Sequence record: SRR20825019_1533
Direction: 5' to 3' (one strand)
Length of the DNA: 58,277 bases
Part shown: positions 31,453-41,711 of the stretch, piece by piece
Position numbering within the stretch: position 1 is the first letter of the stretch
Layout of the letters: the number at the start of each line of letters is the position of its first letter
Notes under the pieces: model-generated
What the model was told of the DNA's origin: nothing
Databases searched by the model: none
The model's input: the letters and a program-made list of their open reading frames with translations, nothing else
Made by a program: the position numbers and the translations under genes

Positions 31453-32669
31453 GTCATTACTTCTTCCAGAAAACGGGATGCCAGCTTCCTATAATCGCGA
31501 TTTTCAATCAGCCATTCATAGCCCCGCTGTCCCATAGCCCCCCGCTCCTCGTCAGTCAATTGAGCCAGTGTCTCAATTGCTTTTACAATGTCTTCAGCAT
31601 TTTCTGCTTCACAACTGATACCACAACCGCTTTCTGCAACCGGGTCATCGGGTGCATCGATGGCATAAATTACCGGCTTGGCAGCGTACATATAATCGTT
31701 CAGTTTTGTTGGACTAACACCCAACCTGTAAAACGCTCTCTTCTGGAAGCCGACATACACAGCATCCATTTGCTTAAGGAAAGCCTGGACAGCAGATTTA
31801 TTAACATTCCCCAGAAAAAAAACCTTATTTTCAACCTTTAACTGTTCTGCCAATTTCCTTAACTGGTTCACTTTTGGACCATCACCCAGAAGTAGCAATA
31901 CCACTTCATCGCTCTGCATTTTAGCCAAGCCCTCTATCAAAGGCGTCAAGGCATTACCATTATTGATACCACCAGCGTATCCCAGGATAAACTGCCCTTC
32001 GCTTTTAAGGTTTTTCAGAAGCGTTTGTATTTTCTCCGGCAAGCGTGTCTCAGTATGTTCAGATGTGGCATAACCATTCGGTATGTAACTATAACTCCTC
32101 GGATCCATGCCATGCTTGACCATATAATCTTTTGCACCAGACAACACACTCACAACATGATCTGAGTGCCGGTATGCATAATCCTCGGCTTTTTGCATTA
32201 ACCAAATAAAAGGATTCTTTGTTGAAATACTTCCAAGTTCGATGAGAGAAAGCGGCCACAAGTCTCTGACCTCAAAAACCAGTCGGGCATTGAACTTTCT
32301 GGCGAGCCGTTGTGCTGGAAAAATAGCGAAAGGATGATGCGAAGAACAAATCACAAGATCAGCCGAATCAATGGGCAAACTTTTGAGCCAGGTGCTAGCG
32401 ACGAACTGCGTAATATTCTTTACCCGACCTAAATAGCTTTGAGCTCGGTATGGACTTGTTTTTAACCAAAGATATCTAATACCGTCGATCCACTGCTCAC
32501 TTATGTCACTCTCAATCTCGGGTTGAACATTTCTTGGATGCGCATAACTGGCAGCAACAATAGTTACCTGATGTCCCATTTTCAGCCACTCCTGGGCAAG
32601 GTGGTAGTATGCGTGAACCATGCCATGCGCTGGTGAACCAGCAAAGTGCGCTATGTAAAGAATATGCAT
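31449..32669 (-). CDS. GT4 glycosyltransferase (WbuB/WbpJ-like)
   Basis: FEVRDLWP and SPTKLNDYMYAAKP motifs. Confidence 0.88.
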   Translation of the reverse strand: MHILYIAHFAGSPAHGMVHAYYHLAQEWLKMGHQVTIVAASYAHPRNVQPEIESDISEQWIDGIRYLWLKTSPYRAQSYLGRVKNITQFVASTWLKSLPIDSADLVICSSHHPFAIFPAQRLARKFNARLVFEVRDLWPLSLIELGSISTKNPFIWLMQKAEDYAYRHSDHVVSVLSGAKDYMVKHGMDPRSYSYIPNGYATSEHTETRLPEKIQTLLKNLKSEGQFILGYAGGINNGNALTPLIEGLAKMQSDEVVLLLLGDGPKVNQLRKLAEQLKVENKVFFLGNVNKSAVQAFLKQMDAVYVGFQKRAFYRLGVSPTKLNDYMYAAKPVIYAIDAPDDPVAESGCGISCEAENAEDIVKAIETLAQLTDEERGAMGQRGYEWLIENRDYRKLASRFLEEVMT

Positions 32670-32674
32670 AAAAT

Positions 32675-33739
32675 CTATATGTCAGCTAACTTGTTGACCA
32701 CAAGTTCAGCGGCTCTTCCTTTACCGTAAGGCTGAATAGACTTACCTTGATTTCGCGTTGCAGCTATTGCCTTTGTAATCACATCAGCATTAAACGGAGG
32801 CACAACCTGATTCCATCCTGCTTCAACCAGTTCTACCCACTCTGTCTCATCTCTCAGCGTGATACATGGGACATGGTAAAAGAATGCTTCTTTTTGAACA
32901 CCGCCGGAGTCTGTCATGATCAAAGCTGCATGTTTTTCCAGCATGACCATATCCAGGTACCCGACTGGATCAATAGCTATCACATTATCCGGTAAGACTA
33001 AGCTTGCTGACGCCATTCTTGCTTTTGTGCGAGGGTGAACTGGCAGAACAATTTGTTTTCCTGAGTCAGCCATACCCTCGATGATTGCCCTCAAGCGTTC
33101 AGGCGAATCAGTATTCTCAGCACGATGAACCGTAGCCAGGATATATTGTTTACTCTCTATGCCTAACTTATCCAGTATCCGGCTTTGCTGTTCTGCTTTT
33201 GCACCATAAAACAGAGCGGCATCAAACATTACATCGCCCACATTCATTACCTTGTCAGCGTTTATGCCTTCATTGGATAGGTTGGTGATAGCAGCTTCTG
33301 TGGGAGCAAAAAGCATCGTGGCTGCATGATCCGTGAGAATACGGTTTATCTCTTCTGGCATACGTCGATTAAAAGACCGTAGACCCGCCTCAACATGCGC
33401 GACCGGTATGTGCAACTTAACAGCAGCTAGAGCGCCGGCAAGCGTAGAATCAGTGTCGCCATAGACTAATAACCAGTCCGGTTTCTCTTCCATTAAAACC
33501 TTTTCAATACCTTCAAGCATACGTCCGGTATTCTGTCCATGAGAACCACCACCGATACCGAGGTTAAATGCCGGTTTTGGAATACCTAACTCATCAAAAA
33601 AAACATCTGACATATTGCTGTCAAAATGCTGTCCGGTATGCAGGATGATCTCCTGAATCCCGCGAGCCATGAAAGCATTTGATACTACCGCTGCTTTGAT
33701 AAATTGAGGTCGCGCGCCTATAACTGTAATGACTTTCAT
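32675..33739 (-). CDS. wbpI: UDP-2,3-diacetamido-2,3-dideoxy-D-glucuronate 2-epimerase (WbpI-like)
   Basis: GARPQFIK, HVEAGLRSFN..MPEE and TDSGGVQKEA motifs; co-occurs with wbpABDE. Confidence 0.8.
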   Translation of the reverse strand: MKVITVIGARPQFIKAAVVSNAFMARGIQEIILHTGQHFDSNMSDVFFDELGIPKPAFNLGIGGGSHGQNTGRMLEGIEKVLMEEKPDWLLVYGDTDSTLAGALAAVKLHIPVAHVEAGLRSFNRRMPEEINRILTDHAATMLFAPTEAAITNLSNEGINADKVMNVGDVMFDAALFYGAKAEQQSRILDKLGIESKQYILATVHRAENTDSPERLRAIIEGMADSGKQIVLPVHPRTKARMASASLVLPDNVIAIDPVGYLDMVMLEKHAALIMTDSGGVQKEAFFYHVPCITLRDETEWVELVEAGWNQVVPPFNADVITKAIAATRNQGKSIQPYGKGRAAELVVNKLADI

Positions 33740-33745
33740 AAATTT

Positions 33746-34846
33746 TTAATTTTGTTGTTGGTATAGTCTGAGCAGCTTTTTCTCTTCCTGCTGCCAGTTA
33801 TATTTTTCAAAAACTGCTTTCTGCCCATTTAGTCCCATCTGATAAGCAATCTGAGGGTGTTTATAGAGATAATTAATTGCACTCGCTATCTCTTCTGGTT
33901 TCGATGGGTCCACACAGATACCACAATTATTCCCTTCGATTATTTCCTGCCAAAGTGCAAAGCGTGAACCAATAACCGGAAGCCCAGCACTCATATACTC
34001 AAACATCTTATTAGGCTGTGCATTAATATGGTTTGGAACGGCATGAAAAGTGACGATCCCAGCAAAGCTTTTTTTCAAGACCTCAGCCACCGCTGTTCTT
34101 TCCAAAAAGCCCAATTTATTAACCTTACGCCAGCCATCAATTTTTTCTAACGTACTCTGAAAACTACTATTAGAACACTCACCCACAAGATTGAGTTTGA
34201 TTGCGTCTTTGGTTAAAGACAACGACTCCACCAATTCACTAAGCCCACGTATTGCTGAATAACCACCTACAAAGCAGACTTCATTTCTCTCGATATTTTC
34301 TCGCTCTTCAACAGCCAACTCTCCAATGATTGGGAAGTTATTTATATCAACCGTTCTAGGGTTTATAGTAAGAAACCTGTCTCTGATAAACGGCGTGGCT
34401 GCCACAATAGCGTCAAAATGCTTACAGGTCTTGTTCTCATACCACTTAGCAAATTTAGACAGAGGTTTTCTCACCCAATTACTCAAGTAGGGTTTACTTA
34501 AGAGTTGTTTAGAGAAGTCTTCATGTGCATCGAATATCACTCGTTTCCCAGCTTTTTTCAGTTTTTTAGCTACTGGGAGTAACTCCGGGTCATGAAGATG
34601 GTAAACCTCCGCATCCAACTTTTGGGCTGCCTTATAAACTCTGTTTGGTACTCGCAGAATTCGCTGCCATCTTCCTTTGGCTTTACCTACATCAACTATG
34701 TGGATGCCTGAGTTCAGTTCATTACCTTTTCCATCAGCAACAACTAAGCAAACATCATAATTATTTCTCACCAGTGAAGAACACTGTTTCAGGAAAATAC
34801 GAGTATCGTTACGTGGATGAACCGAGGTCAGATGAGCAACCTTCAT
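33746..34846 (-). CDS. GT4 glycosyltransferase (WbpH-like)
   Basis: HLTSVHPRNDTRIF, HLHDPELL and PNKMFEYMSAGLP motifs. Confidence 0.88.
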   Translation of the reverse strand: MKVAHLTSVHPRNDTRIFLKQCSSLVRNNYDVCLVVADGKGNELNSGIHIVDVGKAKGRWQRILRVPNRVYKAAQKLDAEVYHLHDPELLPVAKKLKKAGKRVIFDAHEDFSKQLLSKPYLSNWVRKPLSKFAKWYENKTCKHFDAIVAATPFIRDRFLTINPRTVDINNFPIIGELAVEERENIERNEVCFVGGYSAIRGLSELVESLSLTKDAIKLNLVGECSNSSFQSTLEKIDGWRKVNKLGFLERTAVAEVLKKSFAGIVTFHAVPNHINAQPNKMFEYMSAGLPVIGSRFALWQEIIEGNNCGICVDPSKPEEIASAINYLYKHPQIAYQMGLNGQKAVFEKYNWQQEEKKLLRLYQQQN

Positions 34847-35976
34847 GAGAGTGTTTCATTTCTAAATTTTGAGTGATAAAAACTAAGCAATTTATTTTCT
34901 TCAATTTGCCAATTGTATTTACTTTCAACTGCGCTTTTTCCTGAACGTCCCATTTTTTTAGCTTCTTCAGGATTAGAAATAATCCAATTTATAGCCTCTG
35001 CAATTTCCTCTGGCTTCATTGGATCAACTAATAAACCGCAACCGGCCTCTTCAACGATATTGCGCCATAATGGGAAGTCAGATGCTACAACAGGCAACCC
35101 TGCCGACATATACTCAAACATCTTAACTGGATAAGCGTCAGGATAATTTTTAGTTGGGTGAAGGGTAACAAGCCCCACTGAGGACCGAGATAACCAATAT
35201 TTAACATCTTGCCTACTCAACCACCCCAACTCTTCCACATATTGCCAACCAGAGAGAGAAAACAAGCTCTGTTTTAGCGATGTTGGTGAGTAACTTCCCG
35301 CAAGTGCAAGCCTTACTTCGGGGATTTTCTCTGCGCTTAGTCCTGTAGCCTGAATAATTTCACGGATTCCTCGGACTTCACTTATCCCTCCCACATAAAT
35401 CACGTATTTATACGAACCATGCTTCTCTGGCTCATCTGGCTCAACATGCGAAAGCTCTGACAATATCGGATAATTCTGGACCGTTATGGTTTTTGACTTA
35501 GGGAACCTTCCTGCTATTTTCGGTGTGGCAGCTATATAGCCCCTAAACAAAAATCTGGAGGCCCATTCCATAGACGAGAGGCATAAACTCCATATTTTCT
35601 TCATCCAATAAGGAAATCTGGTATTTAGTATTTGGCGGGGGAAATCTTCGTGGACATCATAAACAACTTTACATCCCTTTAAAGCTAGCAATAATGCGAA
35701 AGGCAAGAAAACACCATCATGAAAATGAACCCAGTCACCACGTTTCAGCCCAGACTGAGTCATAACTTGGAGCATCCTTTTCAGCCTGAACGATAATCCA
35801 CAGCCTGCAGGTACAGAACCATAATCAATGATTTCAACGTCATTTACCGTCTCGTTTCCAGCACCGTCAGCTACGTGATACTTAACCTCGTACCCTGCCT
35901 GAACTAGTGATTGAATCTCTTTTATCCAAATTCGTGTATCGAACCGAGGGTGGGCAACAGTTAGCACATGAATCAT
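34843..35976 (-). CDS. GT4 glycosyltransferase (same subfamily as the adjacent gene)
   Basis: HPRFDTRI, YDVHED and PVKMFEYMSAGLP motifs. Confidence 0.88.
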   Translation of the reverse strand: MIHVLTVAHPRFDTRIWIKEIQSLVQAGYEVKYHVADGAGNETVNDVEIIDYGSVPAGCGLSFRLKRMLQVMTQSGLKRGDWVHFHDGVFLPFALLLALKGCKVVYDVHEDFPRQILNTRFPYWMKKIWSLCLSSMEWASRFLFRGYIAATPKIAGRFPKSKTITVQNYPILSELSHVEPDEPEKHGSYKYVIYVGGISEVRGIREIIQATGLSAEKIPEVRLALAGSYSPTSLKQSLFSLSGWQYVEELGWLSRQDVKYWLSRSSVGLVTLHPTKNYPDAYPVKMFEYMSAGLPVVASDFPLWRNIVEEAGCGLLVDPMKPEEIAEAINWIISNPEEAKKMGRSGKSAVESKYNWQIEENKLLSFYHSKFRNETLS

Positions 35977-36253
35977 TTATATACCTTGGGTTAAGCGATG
36001 ATGAGCTCTTGATAAAAGAATTTATCTTTTCAGACTGAAAGGAACTGTTATGCCAGAGCAAGGTAAAATTCCAACTATACAAAAAACATTATTCTTTTAT
36101 CTTTCTCATATACTCAAGTGTCTCCTGCGAATACCCCATATTTAGGGCCAAGCATTGAGGTCTCCATCATGATCAATGGTCTTTGACGCAGCTTGAGCAT
36201 TTTTTATTTTCGATATCAAACATTCTGAACCTTCAACTATTTTGATTAATGAA

Positions 36254-37678
36254 TCATTCTGTAATTTTTTTAAAAGTATTCTTCTGGATAAAAACAAACA
36301 TTTCTTTTATTTCACCTCTAAAAACAATAATCCAGCTAACCAGCACCAATACCCAATAACACATCATCAAGACACTTAAATTTTCACCCCATAGCGTAAA
36401 CAATACTGCACCGATAACTGAAATTGCTGTGTAGATATACATTAATAATCTTGGTGTCTGCTTCCAGGAAAATATTGAAAACTCGGTTCTGAGCACGAAA
36501 AAAAACAAGAAAGAAATACAGGTACTCACTGCTGCACCGGCAGCACCAAAAATAGGAATTAAGAACCAGTTCCCAACTATGTTCACAGCAAAAGATATTA
36601 CAGCTGCCAGCATAGCGAGAGAACTGCGTCTGGAAATACCAATACCCACAACAGTTGTTTCGGACAGCGTATACAGCAGAGGATAACCAACACAAGAAAC
36701 GACAACCCACTGAACAGCAGCATACTCAACCGGCAAAAATAAGGTTATTACCCATGAAAACAAGCCAATCAGTGAAAACCCTAGAACAACCAATGCCAAT
36801 ATATAACGCCTTACTTTGAGTATATTTTCCAAGCCTTGTCCGATACTCGCCCATTTATATACAGTCGGCGCCCAAACCGTAGAAAACACACTTTGTAAAA
36901 TAACAGCCGCCCCCGCAAAACTTACTGCAACGCTATAAATCCCTAACTCTTCAAAACTTGACAGCATTTTCAAGAAAATTTTGTCCACAGTTGTAAGCCC
37001 CCAGAATGCAAGGCCACCTAGAATCAACGGCAAACCAAAATGCAGCATGCTTTTTAGTTGATCGATATCCAATTTGGCACGAACACCATCTAACCACTCC
37101 CGACGCGTATTCCATGCGTAAATTACGCAAACAAAGCTAATAACAGCAGCATTCGCCAGCACTAGGTTAGTTAAGTCTTTATCGGCACCAACAAACACAT
37201 ATACACCAATAATTGCAAGCAGAAAAAACTTCGGCAAAATTTGACTCATAGAGAAAGCGAGACCACGTTCCCTCATTCGAAGAACCAGAGATAAAAACCT
37301 CGAGATATAGCTAGTTATAAGAGCCAAGGCTATAAGTAAACTCAAATGCCCATGTGGTAATTCAAACAACCAACCGGCTAATGTGCCTCCAGTTGAAATT
37401 AATACCATTAATGTTATTACCAGCATTATCAAGCCTGGTAGCATCGCAATTTTGAGAAGTCCTGGTTTGTTTGCCGTCTCGTGAAACTCTCTAACATAGG
37501 CTTGATCTAAACCAAGACTGAAGATAATAGTACTAAAGCTTATTGCGACTTGGAGCATTGCAAATCTGCCAACATCTTCTTGGGAAAAAAACCAAGTTAT
37601 TACTGGTAATGTAATAAGGCCTAGGAATGCACCACCGATTGGGCCAATAGCGAATGCAGCTATTTGTTTTGGTGTCAC
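36254..37678 (-). CDS. wzx: O-unit flippase Wzx
   Basis: 474 aa with about 12-14 TM segments; LGLDQAYVR, DKIFL and LGIYSVA MOP-flippase signatures. Confidence 0.85.
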   Translation of the reverse strand: MTPKQIAAFAIGPIGGAFLGLITLPVITWFFSQEDVGRFAMLQVAISFSTIIFSLGLDQAYVREFHETANKPGLLKIAMLPGLIMLVITLMVLISTGGTLAGWLFELPHGHLSLLIALALITSYISRFLSLVLRMRERGLAFSMSQILPKFFLLAIIGVYVFVGADKDLTNLVLANAAVISFVCVIYAWNTRREWLDGVRAKLDIDQLKSMLHFGLPLILGGLAFWGLTTVDKIFLKMLSSFEELGIYSVAVSFAGAAVILQSVFSTVWAPTVYKWASIGQGLENILKVRRYILALVVLGFSLIGLFSWVITLFLPVEYAAVQWVVVSCVGYPLLYTLSETTVVGIGISRRSSLAMLAAVISFAVNIVGNWFLIPIFGAAGAAVSTCISFLFFFVLRTEFSIFSWKQTPRLLMYIYTAISVIGAVLFTLWGENLSVLMMCYWVLVLVSWIIVFRGEIKEMFVFIQKNTFKKITE

Positions 37679-38808
37679 TTATAAAACTCAAAAATAGCGT
37701 CTACAACCTGCTGTTGTGTCGATTGCTCAATGCCATACCACATAGGTAACCTAAGTAAACGCTCGCTCTCACTGGTGGTAAAAAGATCTCTACCATGAAA
37801 ACGTCCGAAAGTTGCCCCTGCTTTTGAAGAATGCAACGGCACATAATGAAAGACTGCAAAAATGTTCCGACACTTAAGGTGTTCCAATAAAGCACTGCGT
37901 TCTTGTAGACCAGATGTTTTTAGGTAGAACATATGGGCATTGTGTGAACAATCCTCAGGAATAGTAGCAGGGACGATGTGACCATCATCTGCTAGTGGTT
38001 TAAGCTGTTGAAAATAGAACTGCCAAGCACTCAACCGAGCTTCATTTATTTCTGTTGCGGATTCCAACTGGGCCCAAAGATAAGCCGCCTGTAACTCACT
38101 TGGCAGATAACTGCTCCCAATATCAACCCACTGATATTTGTCTACCATGCCCCGAAAGAACTGACTCCGATTTGTACCCTTCTCTCGAATAATTTCGGCA
38201 CGTTCTACAAAACTTTCGTCATTGATGATCAGCAGACCACCTTCACCACCGCTTGTATAATTCTTGGTTTCATGGAAACTATATGCACCCAAATGGCCAA
38301 TAGTACCTAAAGCCCTGCCTTTATAACTGCTCATCATTCCTTGTGCAGCATCCTCAATCACAAATAGATTATGGCTATTTGCGATAGCCATAATAGTATC
38401 CATTTCACAGGCAATGCCTGCGTAATGTACAGGAACGATAGCGCGTGTTTTTTTGGTGATTGCTTCTTCGATCAACTTTTCGTCAATATTCAAGGTGTCG
38501 GGCCGTATATCGACAAAAACGATTTTTGCGCCACGCAACACAAATGCATTTGCTGTACTGACAAAAGTGTAACTCGGCATTATCACTTCATCGCCGGGCT
38601 GGATGTCGATTAGCATAGCGGCATGCTCCAAAGCTGCCGTACAAGAAGGTGTTAGTAGTGATTTTTTACAGGGCATGGTTTCTTCAAACCATTTCTGACA
38701 TTTCTGACCAAACGGGCCATCACCAGACATTTTCGAGCTTTTAAGTACTTGTAGAATGTATTGCTCTTCATTGCCTGTAACAGGTGGCAGATTGAAGCCT
38801 ATGCTCAT
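37675..38808 (-). CDS. wecE: dTDP-4-amino-4,6-dideoxygalactose transaminase
   Basis: SGDGPF, TPSCTAALE, SFHETKNYTSGGEGG, REKGTNRSQF and GSSYLPSE motifs, typical of WecE/RffA. Confidence 0.92.
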   Translation of the reverse strand: MSIGFNLPPVTGNEEQYILQVLKSSKMSGDGPFGQKCQKWFEETMPCKKSLLTPSCTAALEHAAMLIDIQPGDEVIMPSYTFVSTANAFVLRGAKIVFVDIRPDTLNIDEKLIEEAITKKTRAIVPVHYAGIACEMDTIMAIANSHNLFVIEDAAQGMMSSYKGRALGTIGHLGAYSFHETKNYTSGGEGGLLIINDESFVERAEIIREKGTNRSQFFRGMVDKYQWVDIGSSYLPSELQAAYLWAQLESATEINEARLSAWQFYFQQLKPLADDGHIVPATIPEDCSHNAHMFYLKTSGLQERSALLEHLKCRNIFAVFHYVPLHSSKAGATFGRFHGRDLFTTSESERLLRLPMWYGIEQSTQQQVVDAIFEFYK

Positions 38809-39500
38809 TATTTGAAACTTTTCATAAATTTTTTGGCATTTGGGCCTTCATTAAAAATCAGGTCCAAGATCGTTACGCTATGCTCAAATGGTTTATGTAA
38901 CTGCTGGTATTCAGGGTAACCACTGTAATCAAACCATTCGACATGAATACCTTTTTCTTCTGCAAGGTTCATGTCAAAGTAATCCTTTGCTGCAGGGCCG
39001 CTTAGATAGACTCCAGCGCCAGCTTGTTCACAGATTCCTAGTAGTTTCTCGGTTTGTCCATCATAGAGCTCGTATTGGCTTGACAGAGTTATTTCAGTAT
39101 CTATCCCCAAAATCTGATTGATGATGGCAATCAAACTACGATTAACACGACTCAATGAGTCTTCAGTACAGTTAAAGTAGAACTCTTCAAACAACTGCTC
39201 ATATTTCGCAAAATATTTCGCTTTTGAATAGAATTGTTTGATTGTCAACCAATGTTTTTTTGCCCAATCACTTTCAGATATTTTAGTTTCGTTGATTTTT
39301 TGATGATACTTACCTTTAACTTCGACAGGGACAGTAATCCACTTCAACCCATTAGGTGTGTATATTTTGTTGCGGTTCCGCCAATCTCTCCTTGTGTACT
39401 GCATATCGTCAAAGAGAACAAATTCATCAACACTATTGACGATATCAAAATACCCTTTCCAGGGAATATAATTCGACTGAAGAATAGCGATCCGTTTCAT
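38808..39500 (-). CDS. WbqC family protein
   Basis: ILQSNYIPWKGYF, WRNRNKI, YLSGPAA and SVTILDLIFN motifs. Confidence 0.92.
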   Translation of the reverse strand: MKRIAILQSNYIPWKGYFDIVNSVDEFVLFDDMQYTRRDWRNRNKIYTPNGLKWITVPVEVKGKYHQKINETKISESDWAKKHWLTIKQFYSKAKYFAKYEQLFEEFYFNCTEDSLSRVNRSLIAIINQILGIDTEITLSSQYELYDGQTEKLLGICEQAGAGVYLSGPAAKDYFDMNLAEEKGIHVEWFDYSGYPEYQQLHKPFEHSVTILDLIFNEGPNAKKFMKSFK

Positions 39501-40411
39501 TCATTATCCAATATCGCCAGACCAAATCCGCTTTTACCGAAACCATTACCGTTATAAAGCATGTATCTCTCGCCTGCGTGATCGAACACGAATGGGTATT
39601 CGATCATATCTGAGTCCCATCCAGAAGCAGAGACATCTATCCCAGAGAGATGATCCAATCTAATCCAATTTTTTCCATCCTTGGACTCAGCATAGCCAAT
39701 ACGATATCTATGACCACGATATGAATACCACATTTTCCAAATTTCATTTTCTTTAATAACTGAAGGTCGCGAGATAGCGTATTCCTCTTGACCTTGGAAA
39801 TCTATAGCAACATGACCATTTCGTTCCCAAAAGACGCCATCATCTGACTCTGCGTATTTAATGTGATAACGGTGCTCTGGCTTTCCATTTTTCATTCGCC
39901 ACTCAGTACATGACAGATACCATATTCTCCATTTATCTTGTTCAGGTAATACACAACAGCTAGCAACAAAGTGAGGCTCTGTCATAGTGCGGTCAAGAAT
40001 TGGACCGTGCGCGTATTTCTCGAATTGCTGCGTGTGCTCGCTCACAGAAAGACCTATTGAATTTCTAAATGGTACTGTTATACCTAGGTTCCACCCGATG
40101 TAGTAAAGAAATCGTTTTCCATTGTGATGCACAAGCCAAGTAGCCATCGCTCCACTGTCATCGAACTCCCCTAGCCCGCCAGGCGCAATCACTGGAGTAT
40201 CAGAAATTTCAAGGATTTCTTGTGGCCGAGTAATGTCTATTTGTAGATAACCAGTAAAACTTTGATTGTCTTTATTCCTAGAACTGAAATAAATCTTAAA
40301 CACATCTCCTTCGAGATGTTCCGCGATAGGTACAGCAGCATGAGACTGCATCCATTCTTGTTCGCCAGAAGGGCAAAATATCAACCCAAGTTTCCGCCAG
40401 TGTTGTTTCAT
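39497..40411 (-). CDS. Five-bladed beta-propeller, glycoside-hydrolase-like protein of unknown function
   Basis: Repeated propeller blades (FDDSG, YAESDDG..W, YAESKDG..W, YPFVF, YNGNGFG). Fold inferred. Confidence 0.6.
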   Translation of the reverse strand: MKQHWRKLGLIFCPSGEQEWMQSHAAVPIAEHLEGDVFKIYFSSRNKDNQSFTGYLQIDITRPQEILEISDTPVIAPGGLGEFDDSGAMATWLVHHNGKRFLYYIGWNLGITVPFRNSIGLSVSEHTQQFEKYAHGPILDRTMTEPHFVASCCVLPEQDKWRIWYLSCTEWRMKNGKPEHRYHIKYAESDDGVFWERNGHVAIDFQGQEEYAISRPSVIKENEIWKMWYSYRGHRYRIGYAESKDGKNWIRLDHLSGIDVSASGWDSDMIEYPFVFDHAGERYMLYNGNGFGKSGFGLAILDNE

Positions 40412-41073
40412 ATTCCCTTCAATCTTGTACTGGGCACTTTTGAACGCTGAGTTGCTGTTCCTATGTAAACTCCATCGGACTCCGCACTAACCAACAACAA
40501 AGCCCCAGCCCCAATAACACATCGCTCACCTAGCTTGATGTGATCTCTCAACGTGGCATTTACGCCAATAAAGCATTGCTCTCCAATTTCAACTCCACCT
40601 GAAATGACCACCTGAGATGCAATAAATGTGTGATCACTGATCACAGAGTGATGACCAATATGATTGCCACTCCATAATGTCACATTGCTGCCAATTCGCA
40701 CGAAAGGCTGAATCGTATTATCTTCAAGGATAAAACAGTTCTCGCCAATTTTTTGATTATTAAGGACAGTTGCATGCGAACTAATAAAACTAGCAAGTTT
40801 ATATCCTTTCTTTTTTGCAGCGAGAAATTTTTCTTTGCGAATCGCATTAAGCTTTGAATAACTTAATGCGACGAAAAAATCGTTCTCATTTGGAGGATAG
40901 CTCTCTTCTATATCTTCAAATGGGACAACCGGTAAGCCGCAAAAGATATGTTCTTTAAGGTAGCTGGCGTCGACAGTGAAAGCGACGACTTCGTAATTTG
41001 AATCAGTAGAGAAGTAATAATGAGCCAACTCAGCAATATCACCTGAGCCAAATACTACAAGTGGTTTTTTCAT
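40408..41073 (-). CDS. NeuD/PglD-family sugar acetyltransferase
   Basis: Rossmann-like N-terminus (VVFGSGDIA) and hexapeptide repeats with HIGHH. Confidence 0.88.
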   Translation of the reverse strand: MKKPLVVFGSGDIAELAHYYFSTDSNYEVVAFTVDASYLKEHIFCGLPVVPFEDIEESYPPNENDFFVALSYSKLNAIRKEKFLAAKKKGYKLASFISSHATVLNNQKIGENCFILEDNTIQPFVRIGSNVTLWSGNHIGHHSVISDHTFIASQVVISGGVEIGEQCFIGVNATLRDHIKLGERCVIGAGALLLVSAESDGVYIGTATQRSKVPSTRLKGI

Positions 41074-41711
41074 GGCATCTTCCTAACCAGAATTGTGAAT
41101 TCGTAAAGACCGTAATCGTGAAGCAAAGCAACCTCAGAGGAATAGCGACGCTTACATAGATCGAATAACTGACAGGGGTCAGCATAATAGAGATAGTCGC
41201 GTTTCTTATCTTCGTCAGAGTAGGAAGTAAGGCAATTAAAAGAAAAACCAAGGTTGCTAGTCCGATCGAGCACATCTAAAGTTGACTGTAGGTATTCATA
41301 CCATTCAGCATCGGTTCTATTGAGACGAACATTGAAAATGCCGCTTGCCACGCCATAATCACTAATAACGTCAGGAACTGATGCATTGATGAATCTTGCG
41401 GAGGGAACTGCTACATTGCGTAACTTAGCTGCCTGAATCATTTCCGCCGATACATCTATTCCAGAGTATGTACAATCCGATTGTTTAATAGATAAATAAT
41501 CAAACAAAGCACCATAGCCGCACCCCAAATCATTAATAGAAAAGTGAGGTATCCTCGGGTCAATTATTTTGCATAGTTGTTCAAATCTCGCTCTCTGGCT
41601 TTCTTCACCATTCCAATCAACTCCATGAGGCGTATTCCCATGCTCGGCAAGTTTTGCAGAATAGTAATTTGATACCTCTGATAAAATTCCACGCTTATCA
41701 CTCTGACTCAT
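41070..41711 (-). CDS. Class I SAM-dependent methyltransferase
   Basis: GVDW, INDLGCGYG, YSGIDVS, ASGIFN and HDYGLYEFT motifs. Confidence 0.9.
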   Translation of the reverse strand: MSQSDKRGILSEVSNYYSAKLAEHGNTPHGVDWNGEESQRARFEQLCKIIDPRIPHFSINDLGCGYGALFDYLSIKQSDCTYSGIDVSAEMIQAAKLRNVAVPSARFINASVPDVISDYGVASGIFNVRLNRTDAEWYEYLQSTLDVLDRTSNLGFSFNCLTSYSDEDKKRDYLYYADPCQLFDLCKRRYSSEVALLHDYGLYEFTILVRKMP

